A stretch of 64,000 bases of DNA from positions 29 to 64,028 of the forward strand of contig UQNU01000003.1 in assembly GCA_900542555.1 (NCBI GenBank), in the 5' to 3' direction. Position 1 is the stretch's first letter. Each line of letters begins with the position of its first letter. Positions 38,172 to 46,065 of the stretch are shown here, piece by piece. Position numbers and translations under genes: made by a program. Source of the stretch: an uncultured Collinsella sp. Lineage in GTDB: Bacteria > Actinomycetota > Coriobacteriia > Coriobacteriales > Coriobacteriaceae. Below the pieces are notes generated by a model, which made no database searches, was not told where the DNA came from, and worked only from the letters and a program-made list of their open reading frames with translations.

Positions 38172-40613
38172 GTGGCAGAGCGTCCGACATACAAGCTCAG
38201 GTTTCTCGATCCCAAAAAGCGCTTTCCGGCCATGCCCGAGCAGCCTGCGGGACGCTCGTATGGCGTGGTTTGGAAGCTCTTTGGCGAGGACCCGCATGAA
38301 TCATGCTATGTCGTCGAATTCGTCGGCAAAAGCCATGTGTCGCTTTTGGGCTACGTGAGCGTTTCGGGTGAGGTCTATAAGGTGGACCGTCCCGTTAACG
38401 AGATGTCGCTGCCCGACGATCCCGACATGCAACTGATTCTCGACGAGTCCGATTCCAACATCGGTGAGATTGCGGTCAGGGGTGCCGATGGGACGATGCG
38501 CTCCCGGGCGCGAGTCATCGGCTCTCCCGAAGGAACCATGCGCGAACAATCCGATCGCGAGACGTGGAATTCGACGCGCAGCCTTCGCTACGGCGAGTTC
38601 ATGGCCTCGATGTTCTTGCGTTACGTGATATTCGCCGATTCTGAAAACTCCATCTCAAGCACGGAAAACGGTGACGGCCTCGACGAGGGCATGAAAAATG
38701 CCGTCGACAAGATCAAACTTGTAAAACTCCCCGAGCCGGTTGAGGTACTGCTGGGTTTTGATTCCACGCCGCTGCCCGATGCAATTGAAACGTTGCTCTA
38801 CCGCATTGACCATACAGATAATCCAAGTGGCATTGAGCGCTATGCCGCCGCTTTGATGGGCGAAGTTAATCTGCCACGCCTGCGCACCATAGCGGCTAAA
38901 ACCGAAATGAGCCTGGCGCGCATCGATCGCTCGAGGCTCTTCTATCTCAATTTTGACCGTAGCCTGCTGGACCAGGACGAGATCGATACCCTGCTTGCCG
39001 TCGAGTGCCGCCTGAACCGCCTATCGGGCATCCTTGAGCGTATTGGAGCAGGGTTGGGCCCCGTTGCCTCGTCGCCAAGCTTTGAGGGTTGCTCGCTCTT
39101 CGACCTATGGCATATCAGCAAGACGACAAACGACGTTCCTCGCTTGCTCGAAACGCTGTCGAATGACAACCCGTGGGCCAAGCCGGGGACGGTTGCGTGC
39201 CAGCCGGGTGGAGAGTGGGACGTTCGCACCCGCTTTGCACGTATCGTAGAAGCGCTCAACGTGGTCACGCGGCTCGATTACACCTATCGAGCGAACGTCG
39301 CCGAGGGCATCATGCTGGTGCGATTTGGCCGCACGGTTGTCGATGCTATGCCGCGGCGCGAATACGATGCTCAAGATGACGCCTGGCGCGAGGTAGATGA
39401 GCCTAAGCGCGCAGCATGGGCCACCGAGCACGATGCGCGTATTGCGCTTACACTCGCGGCGGCTTGCTTTGCTTCGGGTGCTCGCATCACGCGCTGCTAC
39501 GTGCAGATTGCGGCTCCCGACGGCGAGCAGGGCGAGTGCGTTGTTAAAACGTACTCCTTTGGCCGTGCGGCTTATCTGGCCGATTGCGTTTCTGTCGCCA
39601 AGGATCTTGAGAGCATGGATATGGACGACATGCCCTGCAAGCATTTGCTCGAGGCATATGAGGCAGATGCGCCGGACATGATTGAGCCTGCAGAGGTTCA
39701 CGCCCGACCACGCGATGACCATCGTCCATTGCCGCCTGCGCTTCGCGATCTGCTGCTCGCTGATACGGCTGACGAGCTTGAGGTCATGGAGGAGGACAAC
39801 GATCCGTATGTCGCCCGTGTCGTCGAGCTGCGCGAGCAATCCAAAGTTGACCGAGCCGGTGCTTTCGAGGGCTTTTCTCGCCTTGTCGAGGAGCTGGAAG
39901 CCAAGTGTACTGTTGCTGAGCTTTTGGCGACGGGCCCAGTGCAGACCCAGTTCTGCGACAACCAGCTGGTGCGCATGGTGCTGCCGGTGATGGAGGAGGA
40001 CCGTTCCGTGCGTATCCTTCGCGCTCCCGATGCGCTGTATTTTGCCCAGCACGAGATTTGCAGCTTTTACGCCGAACAAGAGGACTTTGAGCGTGCGCTG
40101 CCCGAGGTGCGCCGTCTCTACGACTTGGCGCGGTCGTCCATGCAGTCTCACTTTGCCCTGATTAACGTGCTAGCACGCCTGGAGCGTTATGACGAGATTA
40201 TCGAGGTAGCGCGTCACGGCCTGCGCATTGCCAGCGACCGGCCTTCGATCGGTTACCTGTTCTATCGCCTGGCATTCGCCTACTGGAACTGCGGCCAGCT
40301 CGAGCTGGCGCTGGCATGTTATCGCCTGGTGCCGCGCGGCGAGGAGTCGGGCGGCAGTGCGCAGGAGGAAATGCAGGGCCTTATGAACGAGATGGGCGTC
40401 ATCAAACCGCCCACGTTTGAGGAGGCTGTAGAGACCATCCGCAAGGCAGGTCTTGAGCTGCCGCCGGTGCCCGCCGTGACCAATCAACTCGCGGATGCCG
40501 CCGTGCAACTCGTCGACAACGGCTTCTTTTTCTTGGCGCGCGGCTGCATCTATCAAATGTGGCGCACCATGGGTAACGATGAGCTCGGCTCCCTCAACCG
40601 CTCGCTGGGGTAG
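38172..40613 (+). CDS. Large hypothetical protein (813 aa) with C-terminal TPR-like helical repeats
   Basis: Long GC3-rich ORF with a GTG start. I can see no catalytic or NTP-binding motif. The C-terminal ~200 aa look like helical repeats (IGYLFYRLAFAYWNCGQLELALACYRLV). Confidence 0.7.
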   Translation: MAERPTYKLRFLDPKKRFPAMPEQPAGRSYGVVWKLFGEDPHESCYVVEFVGKSHVSLLGYVSVSGEVYKVDRPVNEMSLPDDPDMQLILDESDSNIGEIAVRGADGTMRSRARVIGSPEGTMREQSDRETWNSTRSLRYGEFMASMFLRYVIFADSENSISSTENGDGLDEGMKNAVDKIKLVKLPEPVEVLLGFDSTPLPDAIETLLYRIDHTDNPSGIERYAAALMGEVNLPRLRTIAAKTEMSLARIDRSRLFYLNFDRSLLDQDEIDTLLAVECRLNRLSGILERIGAGLGPVASSPSFEGCSLFDLWHISKTTNDVPRLLETLSNDNPWAKPGTVACQPGGEWDVRTRFARIVEALNVVTRLDYTYRANVAEGIMLVRFGRTVVDAMPRREYDAQDDAWREVDEPKRAAWATEHDARIALTLAAACFASGARITRCYVQIAAPDGEQGECVVKTYSFGRAAYLADCVSVAKDLESMDMDDMPCKHLLEAYEADAPDMIEPAEVHARPRDDHRPLPPALRDLLLADTADELEVMEEDNDPYVARVVELREQSKVDRAGAFEGFSRLVEELEAKCTVAELLATGPVQTQFCDNQLVRMVLPVMEEDRSVRILRAPDALYFAQHEICSFYAEQEDFERALPEVRRLYDLARSSMQSHFALINVLARLERYDEIIEVARHGLRIASDRPSIGYLFYRLAFAYWNCGQLELALACYRLVPRGEESGGSAQEEMQGLMNEMGVIKPPTFEEAVETIRKAGLELPPVPAVTNQLADAAVQLVDNGFFFLARGCIYQMWRTMGNDELGSLNRSLG

Positions 40614-40729
40614 GGGCGGCATAGAAGGGCTGGACCGCGCTTGTCATCCCATTTGCTCACCATGCCGACAAAACGAAGGGGCTACTGCTTCCGGCGTACC
40701 GGGAACATTTGCGTATAGATAAGGTATAA

Positions 40730-40763
40730 CGAATTAAGTCGTAGCGAATTAAAGTACGAATTA
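40730..40763 (+). repeat. Three direct CGAATTA repeats
   Basis: cgaatta at 40730, 40745 and 40757 (spacing 15 and 12 nt), in the AT-rich intergenic region upstream of the ATPase gene. Confidence 0.8.
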
Positions 40764-40860
40764 CTGTATCGAGCAGGTTGCCGACAAATTGAATGGAGCC
40801 ATTTGTATTTGCTCAAGTGGGTGGCTCCAGCAGGACCGGTAAGGTCAAAAGCGGCTAGGT

Positions 40861-40918
40861 CTGCTAAACCTGTTAAACTCTGCTAAAGTTGCTAAACTTT
40901 GTTAAAGTTGTTAAAACT
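40861..40918 (+). repeat. Array of six phased G(C/T)TAAA repeats (period 9-10 bp)
   Basis: gctaaa/gttaaa start at 40863, 40872, 40882, 40891, 40901 and 40910. The array is bracketed by tctgcta (40860-40866) and its inverse tagcaga (40918-40924), and ends 17 nt before the ATPase start codon. Confidence 0.85.
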
Positions 40919-40934
40919 AGCAGAGGAGGGTCGA

Positions 40935-42017
40935 ATGTCGAAAGCCATTAACCCCTTTAAGCCAACGGCGGGCATGAATCCGCCTGAGCTTATCGGACGG
41001 GACACTGTTTTGGATGACTTTGCCGAGGCTCTTGAGAATGGTCCTGGTGCCCCCGATCGACTCATGCGCATCTCGGGCGTCCGAGGCACAGGTAAAACGG
41101 TGCTCCTTAATGCATTGGGTGACCTTGCACGCAAAAAAGGATTCGAGGTCGTTGACGTTGCCTCCAATGCTGGTTTTTGCAATAGAATCCTCGAGGCTCT
41201 GCAGCGAAACGTTCGTCTTGAATCAATCTCGATTTCCCCATCGATTTTAGGGGTCAGCCTTGGCTCCATGGAGATGTCGAAGTCGGCCTCTCATCTGGGC
41301 GAGGCGATGTACGATGCTGCGAAGCGCGGTGGTCTGCTCATTACGCTCGACGAGATCCAGGATGCCTCAACTGAGGAAATGCGCGAGCTAGGCAATGAGA
41401 TGCAGCTCTTGATCCGCCAAGGAGCGAATGTCGCTTTCGCTTTCGCCGGGCTGCCGACATCGGTAGATGGCGTGGTGGTGGATGATACGTTGACGTTCCT
41501 TCAGCGAGCCAAACATGTTGAACTTACTCGGCTTTCCGATTTTGAAGTTGGCGGATCGTTTGAGGATACGATGAGACGAGCGGGCAAGGAGCTCGACAAA
41601 GGTGCCGCTGAGCTATTAACAAAAGCTTCGGCAGGCTATCCCTTTATGGTCCAGCTGGTCGGATATTACGCTTGGCAGGTTGCTGCGCGCAGTGGGGCGG
41701 AGAGCGTGAGCGAAGAGGCGGCTCGTAAGGGTATCCAGGCGGCTCTTGATAGCTTTAATGCTATGGTGATTGCCCCAGCGCTGCGCAGGGTGTCGGAACG
41801 GCAGTTTCAGTATCTCGCGGCGATGGCTCAATGCGAGGGCGTCGATATCGCCAACGGCGATATCGCCAAGAAGATGGGTTTGTCGGCGAACAAAGTTGGG
41901 TCATATCGCAAGCGTCTGATCGATGCGGGGTTGATTGAGCCCGCGGGCTATGGCTGTGTTTCGTTTGCAATTCCGTACATGCGCGATTATCTGTTGGAGA
42001 CCGTTCGAGAGGACTAA
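40935..42017 (+). CDS. AAA+ ATPase with C-terminal winged-helix domain (Orc1/Cdc6-like / AAA_16-type architecture)
   Basis: Start at ATG 40935 (RBS ggaggg). Walker A GVRGTGKTVLLNAL and Walker B LLITLDEIQD. C-terminal wHTH-like DIAKKMGLSANKVGSYRKRLIDAGLIE. Codon usage is more AT-rich than in neighbouring genes. Confidence 0.7.
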   Translation: MSKAINPFKPTAGMNPPELIGRDTVLDDFAEALENGPGAPDRLMRISGVRGTGKTVLLNALGDLARKKGFEVVDVASNAGFCNRILEALQRNVRLESISISPSILGVSLGSMEMSKSASHLGEAMYDAAKRGGLLITLDEIQDASTEEMRELGNEMQLLIRQGANVAFAFAGLPTSVDGVVVDDTLTFLQRAKHVELTRLSDFEVGGSFEDTMRRAGKELDKGAAELLTKASAGYPFMVQLVGYYAWQVAARSGAESVSEEAARKGIQAALDSFNAMVIAPALRRVSERQFQYLAAMAQCEGVDIANGDIAKKMGLSANKVGSYRKRLIDAGLIEPAGYGCVSFAIPYMRDYLLETVRED

Positions 42018-42067
42018 TAAAGAATGGGCTGTCCGCGCTGTCGCTGGGGCCGTCCTTGTATCTTTGT

Positions 42068-42120
42068 CTCAACCTGTAACATCTGGAGGGGATTACGGCC
42101 TGCAGATGTTACAGGTTGAG
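42068..42120 (+). terminator. Perfect 18-bp-stem hairpin after the ATPase gene
   Basis: ctcaacctgtaacatctg (42068-42085) pairs with cagatgttacaggttgag (42103-42120). No T-run follows. Confidence 0.55.
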
Positions 42121-42226
42121 ATGATTGACTGAGACGTTTACTGGTAAAAGAGAGGTAAAAGAGGAAACGCCTCAAAATTCCCCTTGCCCAACTTCGGCTG
42201 TTTGGTTACTATAGAACGGCTGTTAC

Positions 42227-42317
42227 GGAGAGCTGACCGAGAGGCCGAAGGTGCTCGCCTGCTAAGCGAGTATGCCCCAAAAGGGCATCTGGGGTTCGAA
42301 TCCCCAGCTCTCCGCCA
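42227..42317 (+). tRNA. tRNA-Ser (GCT)
   Basis: Acceptor ggagagc/gctctcc. Anticodon stem ctcgc/gcgag with loop ctGCTaa. Long variable arm. T arm ctgggg-ttcgaat-ccccag. CCA is encoded. Promoter ttgccc (42184-42189) / tactat (42207-42212). Confidence 0.95.
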
Positions 42318-42368
42318 GTATGACTTTGAAGAAGGGTCCCATTTGGGGCCCTTTTTTATTATCAAGAA

Positions 42369-42383
42369 TGGCAGCTGGGGATT
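42369..42383. repeat. Inverted partial copy of the tRNA-Ser 3' end
   Basis: agctggggatt (42373-42383) is the reverse complement of aatccccagct (42299-42309). The preceding tggc mirrors the terminal gcca. Confidence 0.8.
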
Positions 42384-42493
42384 AGAGTCCGAAAGGGCGT
42401 GAACATTAGGCAAACACGGGGCGCTTGAAAACGGGGAGACCCAGGCGTGCTCGTGCACCCCGGTGTGGGGTTCCGAGGGGATGGAGTAGAAAT

Positions 42494-43645
42494 ATGGTAA
42501 AGGTCGGGCTGCGTAAGCCGAATCTAAAGACATCACTCAAGGCAAGAACGACCGGCAGAGCGAAGCGCGCGGTAAAGCGGGCGATAATCCCCGGCTATGG
42601 TAAGAAGGGCATGGGGTGGATTAAAAATCCGAAGAAGGCTGCTTACAATGCCGTATACAGCAGAACGACCGTCGGAGTTGGGGATGTCGCTCGCGCCGTT
42701 GCTAAATCAGGCGCTCGGAGCTCGGCGTCAAGGACGTCCTCAATTACTGTTTCATCGCATGAAATTACACCTTTGGCGAAGCCTGAACAGAAATCTCTCA
42801 CTCGAGAGATTACGTCGGTTGACAGGGCAAACAAGGCGCTTTTGCTATGCTTCCTTCTTGGGTGGTCGGGCGCTCATAGGGCGTATGCACGGATGTGGGG
42901 TAGCTTCTTTCTATATCTCTTTACCTTTGGCCTTTTTGGATTTGGTTGGCTGTTTGATATTGTGACACTACTGATGAGACGCTCCGAGCTAAGGCGTCTC
43001 GGCGACAGTGATCAGACTCAACAGCAAGCGCCATGTTCCGTTGATTCTACATTCGATCGAAATGTCGCCGACTCCGGAAATTGGGAACAGCATGGAGATG
43101 GGGAGGCTGCGGCTCGGCTAGAGCTTCAACGTAAAAACCGTGCCTATATGGAAGAAAACGGCATCGACGTGGAGATGTTTACCGAGGAAAAGGTCGCGGC
43201 GGACGCCTTGCGAACCATTGAGTCGGTATGCCCGTGCATGCTTAGGTTTGACCGAGGCATGAGCGAAGAGGAGCCAAGCATCAGCTTTTGCTCTCCAACA
43301 AAGACGGGGAAGATGCCCAAGAATGTCGTCGAGGCCCGCATTTACCATCAGGACGTGAAGCTATTGATGGATTCCCACGGCTTCGAATTGCCGGAGTATG
43401 GTGACAGCATCAATGTCATGATTAGTTATCTAGCTGATGGGCGCATAAATAAAGTCGATATCCATGGGTTCCATAATGGCCGCTCCGTTAGTGTCTCCAT
43501 TCGCAGGCGGAGCGACGATCTTGTTATGACGAGTGCGGGCACCATCGGAGAAACGGGTGCCTGGCAATCGCTGTGTCCTGGGGCAGACCCCTCAGCTGGG
43601 GATCTTTTCAGGGCCTTGACCAAGGAGGTCGAAAGGATCTACTAG
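42494..43645 (+). CDS. TM2-domain membrane protein with basic N-terminus and an uncharacterised ~230-aa C-terminal domain
   Basis: Start at ATG 42494. TM2-like segment NKALLLCFLLGWSGAHRAYARMWGSFFLYLFTFGLFGFGWLFDIVTLL. Codon usage is more AT-rich than the core genes. Confidence 0.65.
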   Translation: MVKVGLRKPNLKTSLKARTTGRAKRAVKRAIIPGYGKKGMGWIKNPKKAAYNAVYSRTTVGVGDVARAVAKSGARSSASRTSSITVSSHEITPLAKPEQKSLTREITSVDRANKALLLCFLLGWSGAHRAYARMWGSFFLYLFTFGLFGFGWLFDIVTLLMRRSELRRLGDSDQTQQQAPCSVDSTFDRNVADSGNWEQHGDGEAAARLELQRKNRAYMEENGIDVEMFTEEKVAADALRTIESVCPCMLRFDRGMSEEEPSISFCSPTKTGKMPKNVVEARIYHQDVKLLMDSHGFELPEYGDSINVMISYLADGRINKVDIHGFHNGRSVSVSIRRRSDDLVMTSAGTIGETGAWQSLCPGADPSAGDLFRALTKEVERIY

Positions 43646-43745
43646 CATGCCCGGTGGACCCGTTTTCAAGGTCCGAAAAGACACAGCGAAGGTAAACGGC
43701 TAGCAATGTCGCTTTGGTGATTCTGACGCATCCCGTTTAAGAGGT

Positions 43746-43776
43746 ATTCAAAAAGAGGCGCCCGTTGGACGCCTCT
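43746..43776 (-). terminator. Intrinsic terminator of the DD-carboxypeptidase gene
   Basis: On the minus strand, agaggcg-tccaacggg-cgcctct is followed by ttttt. Confidence 0.7.
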
Positions 43777-43805
43777 CCAATCTCAAATGTAATGTTCCCC
43801 CAGCC

Positions 43806-45257
43806 CTACATCTCAGGAGCCTTGGCTACGGTCTCGCTCTCTGCCGCAAGCGGGCGGTTGTCGATGCGGCGGCCCAGGCGGTCGAGCTTCACAAGCAGCC
43901 ACTCAATGGGATTCGGCCCTGCGCCTTCCTCGTCGGCAACCAGGTCCATAACGGCGATTTTGGTGCCGTCCTGCTTGAGCGTAACGCTGCCCACCTTGTC
44001 GCCCACATGCACCGTGCCCGAAAGATCGTCGTAGCTAACCTTTTCGGTCACCTCGCCGGCAAGGGAAAACACGGTCGCTTGCGCTGTAGGATCGGCGAGT
44101 GTGGCGTCGATTGTCTTATCCGTCCAGTCGGTTTGGCCAACGCGCGCCATAAGCGGGTTGCCGTTGGCGGTCTTTTCCTGCGTGTTGGCGATTGCGACCG
44201 TCACCTTGTGGCCGTAGTACCAGTTGGCAAGGGTGGCGGTATCGGTAAAGCGCTGATCGGTGGTGGTGGAGTTCAAAATAACGGTGTAGATCTCGTCGCC
44301 GTCGCGGTTGTAGGCGCTCGTAAAGCAATAGCCCGCGTCGTCGGTGGTGCCGGTCTTGCCGCCGATGTTGCCATCTTGGCCCAGCAAATAGTTATGCGTG
44401 TCCATGGAATGCGAATGGTCGGTGCCGTCGGCGCCCGTGACCTCGATCCAGGAATCCTCGCTCGCTACGACCTCGCGGATCGTGTCGTTTTTCATGGCCT
44501 CCTGCATCATCAGCGCCACGTCATGTGCGGTTGAGTGCATATCGCCAGCCCACTCATCAAAGTCCAGACCATGCGGGTTTTCAAAAAGCGTACCGGTACA
44601 GCCGAGCTTCTTAGCGCGCTCGTTCATGGCCTTCACAAAGGCGGCCTCGGCGTCTTTGGTCTTAGGGTCGATCTTCTTGCCCACATATTCGGCGAGCACG
44701 ATGGCGGCGTCGTTGCCCGAGGGAATCATCAGGCCGCGCAGCGCCTGCTCCACGGTAAGCTTGTCGCCTTCGAGCAAGCCGGCGGTCGAATTGCCCACGG
44801 TGGCTGCGGCGTTGCTCACCGTGACCTTCTCGTCCATCTTGCAATTCTCGACGGTTAGGATTGCGGTCATGACCTTGGTGATCGAGGCAATTTTGACCTG
44901 CTCATCGGCGTCGCGGACATAGTAGACGGTGCCGTCTTTGCCCATGACGAGGGCATTGGTCGCATCGATATCGGGCAGGTTTTCGGCCGTGATGCCGCGC
45001 GCATCGGCGGTTTTGCCGCAAACATTGTCGGTCGTGAGCACTTGGGCGCCGGCGACGGTGGGCGCGCCAGCGGCAAGGGCGATAGCGCAGACAAAGCCGG
45101 CGGCAAGCTGGGCTGAGCGCTTTGCAAAAGAGGTGAGGGACTTCACGGATTTCGCTTTCGACGGGATGGTCTCTTCTGGAACTAGAGTATATCGTTTGCC
45201 GGCGTCGGCGATCATCGCGTGCGTGCGTGGCCCACATCTGCTCCCGAACGGGCACAA
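43806..45257 (-). CDS. Serine-type D-Ala-D-Ala carboxypeptidase (PBP5/S11 family)
   Basis: SITKVMTA (SxxK), IPSGNDAA (SxN) and GKTGTT (KTG) motifs, plus a signal/anchor sequence. The start may be the internal ATG at 45215. Confidence 0.85.
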   Translation of the reverse strand: MCPFGSRCGPRTHAMIADAGKRYTLVPEETIPSKAKSVKSLTSFAKRSAQLAAGFVCAIALAAGAPTVAGAQVLTTDNVCGKTADARGITAENLPDIDATNALVMGKDGTVYYVRDADEQVKIASITKVMTAILTVENCKMDEKVTVSNAAATVGNSTAGLLEGDKLTVEQALRGLMIPSGNDAAIVLAEYVGKKIDPKTKDAEAAFVKAMNERAKKLGCTGTLFENPHGLDFDEWAGDMHSTAHDVALMMQEAMKNDTIREVVASEDSWIEVTGADGTDHSHSMDTHNYLLGQDGNIGGKTGTTDDAGYCFTSAYNRDGDEIYTVILNSTTTDQRFTDTATLANWYYGHKVTVAIANTQEKTANGNPLMARVGQTDWTDKTIDATLADPTAQATVFSLAGEVTEKVSYDDLSGTVHVGDKVGSVTLKQDGTKIAVMDLVADEEGAGPNPIEWLLVKLDRLGRRIDNRPLAAESETVAKAPEM

Positions 45258-45343
45258 GGGTGCTTAAGGCCGACTTAATCACCCACGCTTGTTGTGTGTG
45301 ACGGGCGCCCCCTCGGGCATAATGGAGCGCGAGAGGAGCACGC

Positions 45344-46039
45344 ATGAACGAGCGCATTTTGGTAGTTGATGACGAGAAGGCCATCGCCGACTTGGTTGGC
45401 ATCTACCTTACAAAAGAAGGCTTTGACGTCCAGATTGCCTATAGCGGGGCCGATGCTGCCAAGGCAATCTTGGAGCAGGAGTTCGATCTGGCGTTGCTGG
45501 ATGTCATGCTGCCCGATATCGATGGGTTTGAGCTGCTGCGTACAATCCGTTCCAGCCATACCTATCCCGTGATCATGCTGACGGCGCGCGATGCCCAGCA
45601 AGACAAGATCGAGGGCCTTTCGCTTGGCGCGGACGATTACGTGGTTAAGCCGTTCCGTCCGCTGGAGCTCATCGCGCGCGTGCACGCTCAGCTTCGCCGC
45701 TACACCAGCTACGGTAGCCGTGCGCAGGCGGCCGAGTCGCCGACCATTCAGCTCGACGGCTTGGAGATCAACCGCGATGCTCGTTCCGTAACGGTGGACG
45801 GTTCACCGGTTCGCCTCACGCCCATCGAGTATTCCATCTTGCTGTATCTGGTCGAGCATCGCGGCAGCGTGGCGGCCGTGGAGGACCTGTTCCGCGCGGT
45901 GTGGAACGAGGACTTTATGCCCGGCTCCAACAATACGGTGATGGTGCACATTCGCCACTTGCGCGAAAAGATTGGCGACGACGCACAAAAGCCGCGCTTT
46001 ATCAAAAACGTCTGGGGCGTCGGCTACATCATCGAATAA
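45344..46039 (+). CDS. OmpR-family response regulator, VanR-like
   Basis: Receiver domain plus wHTH. HTYPVIMLTA, KPFRPLELIARVHAQLRRY, NNTVMVHIRHLREKI and IKNVWGVGY closely resemble VanR as I recall it. Confidence 0.85.
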   Translation: MNERILVVDDEKAIADLVGIYLTKEGFDVQIAYSGADAAKAILEQEFDLALLDVMLPDIDGFELLRTIRSSHTYPVIMLTARDAQQDKIEGLSLGADDYVVKPFRPLELIARVHAQLRRYTSYGSRAQAAESPTIQLDGLEINRDARSVTVDGSPVRLTPIEYSILLYLVEHRGSVAAVEDLFRAVWNEDFMPGSNNTVMVHIRHLREKIGDDAQKPRFIKNVWGVGYIIE

Positions 46040-46065
46040 CGCTTTTCGCTTGTGAGGATCTTGAT

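Noticed and set aside
38172-40613. The 813-aa TPR-tailed protein as a STAND/Avs-type antiphage NTPase.
   Set aside because: No Walker A (GxxxxGK[ST]) or Walker B motif is present in the sequence, and its composition is host-like.
40861-40918. A CRISPR-like array.
   Set aside because: The repeats are only 6-7 nt with a 9-10 bp period and no spacers. No cas genes or 25-40-nt repeat/spacer structure occur anywhere in the window.
42318-43805. A bounded genomic island integrated at tRNA-Ser.
   Set aside because: I found no direct repeat of the tRNA-Ser 3' end downstream, only a nearby inverted partial copy, and no integrase gene. The lower-GC patch is therefore reported only as accessory-looking DNA.
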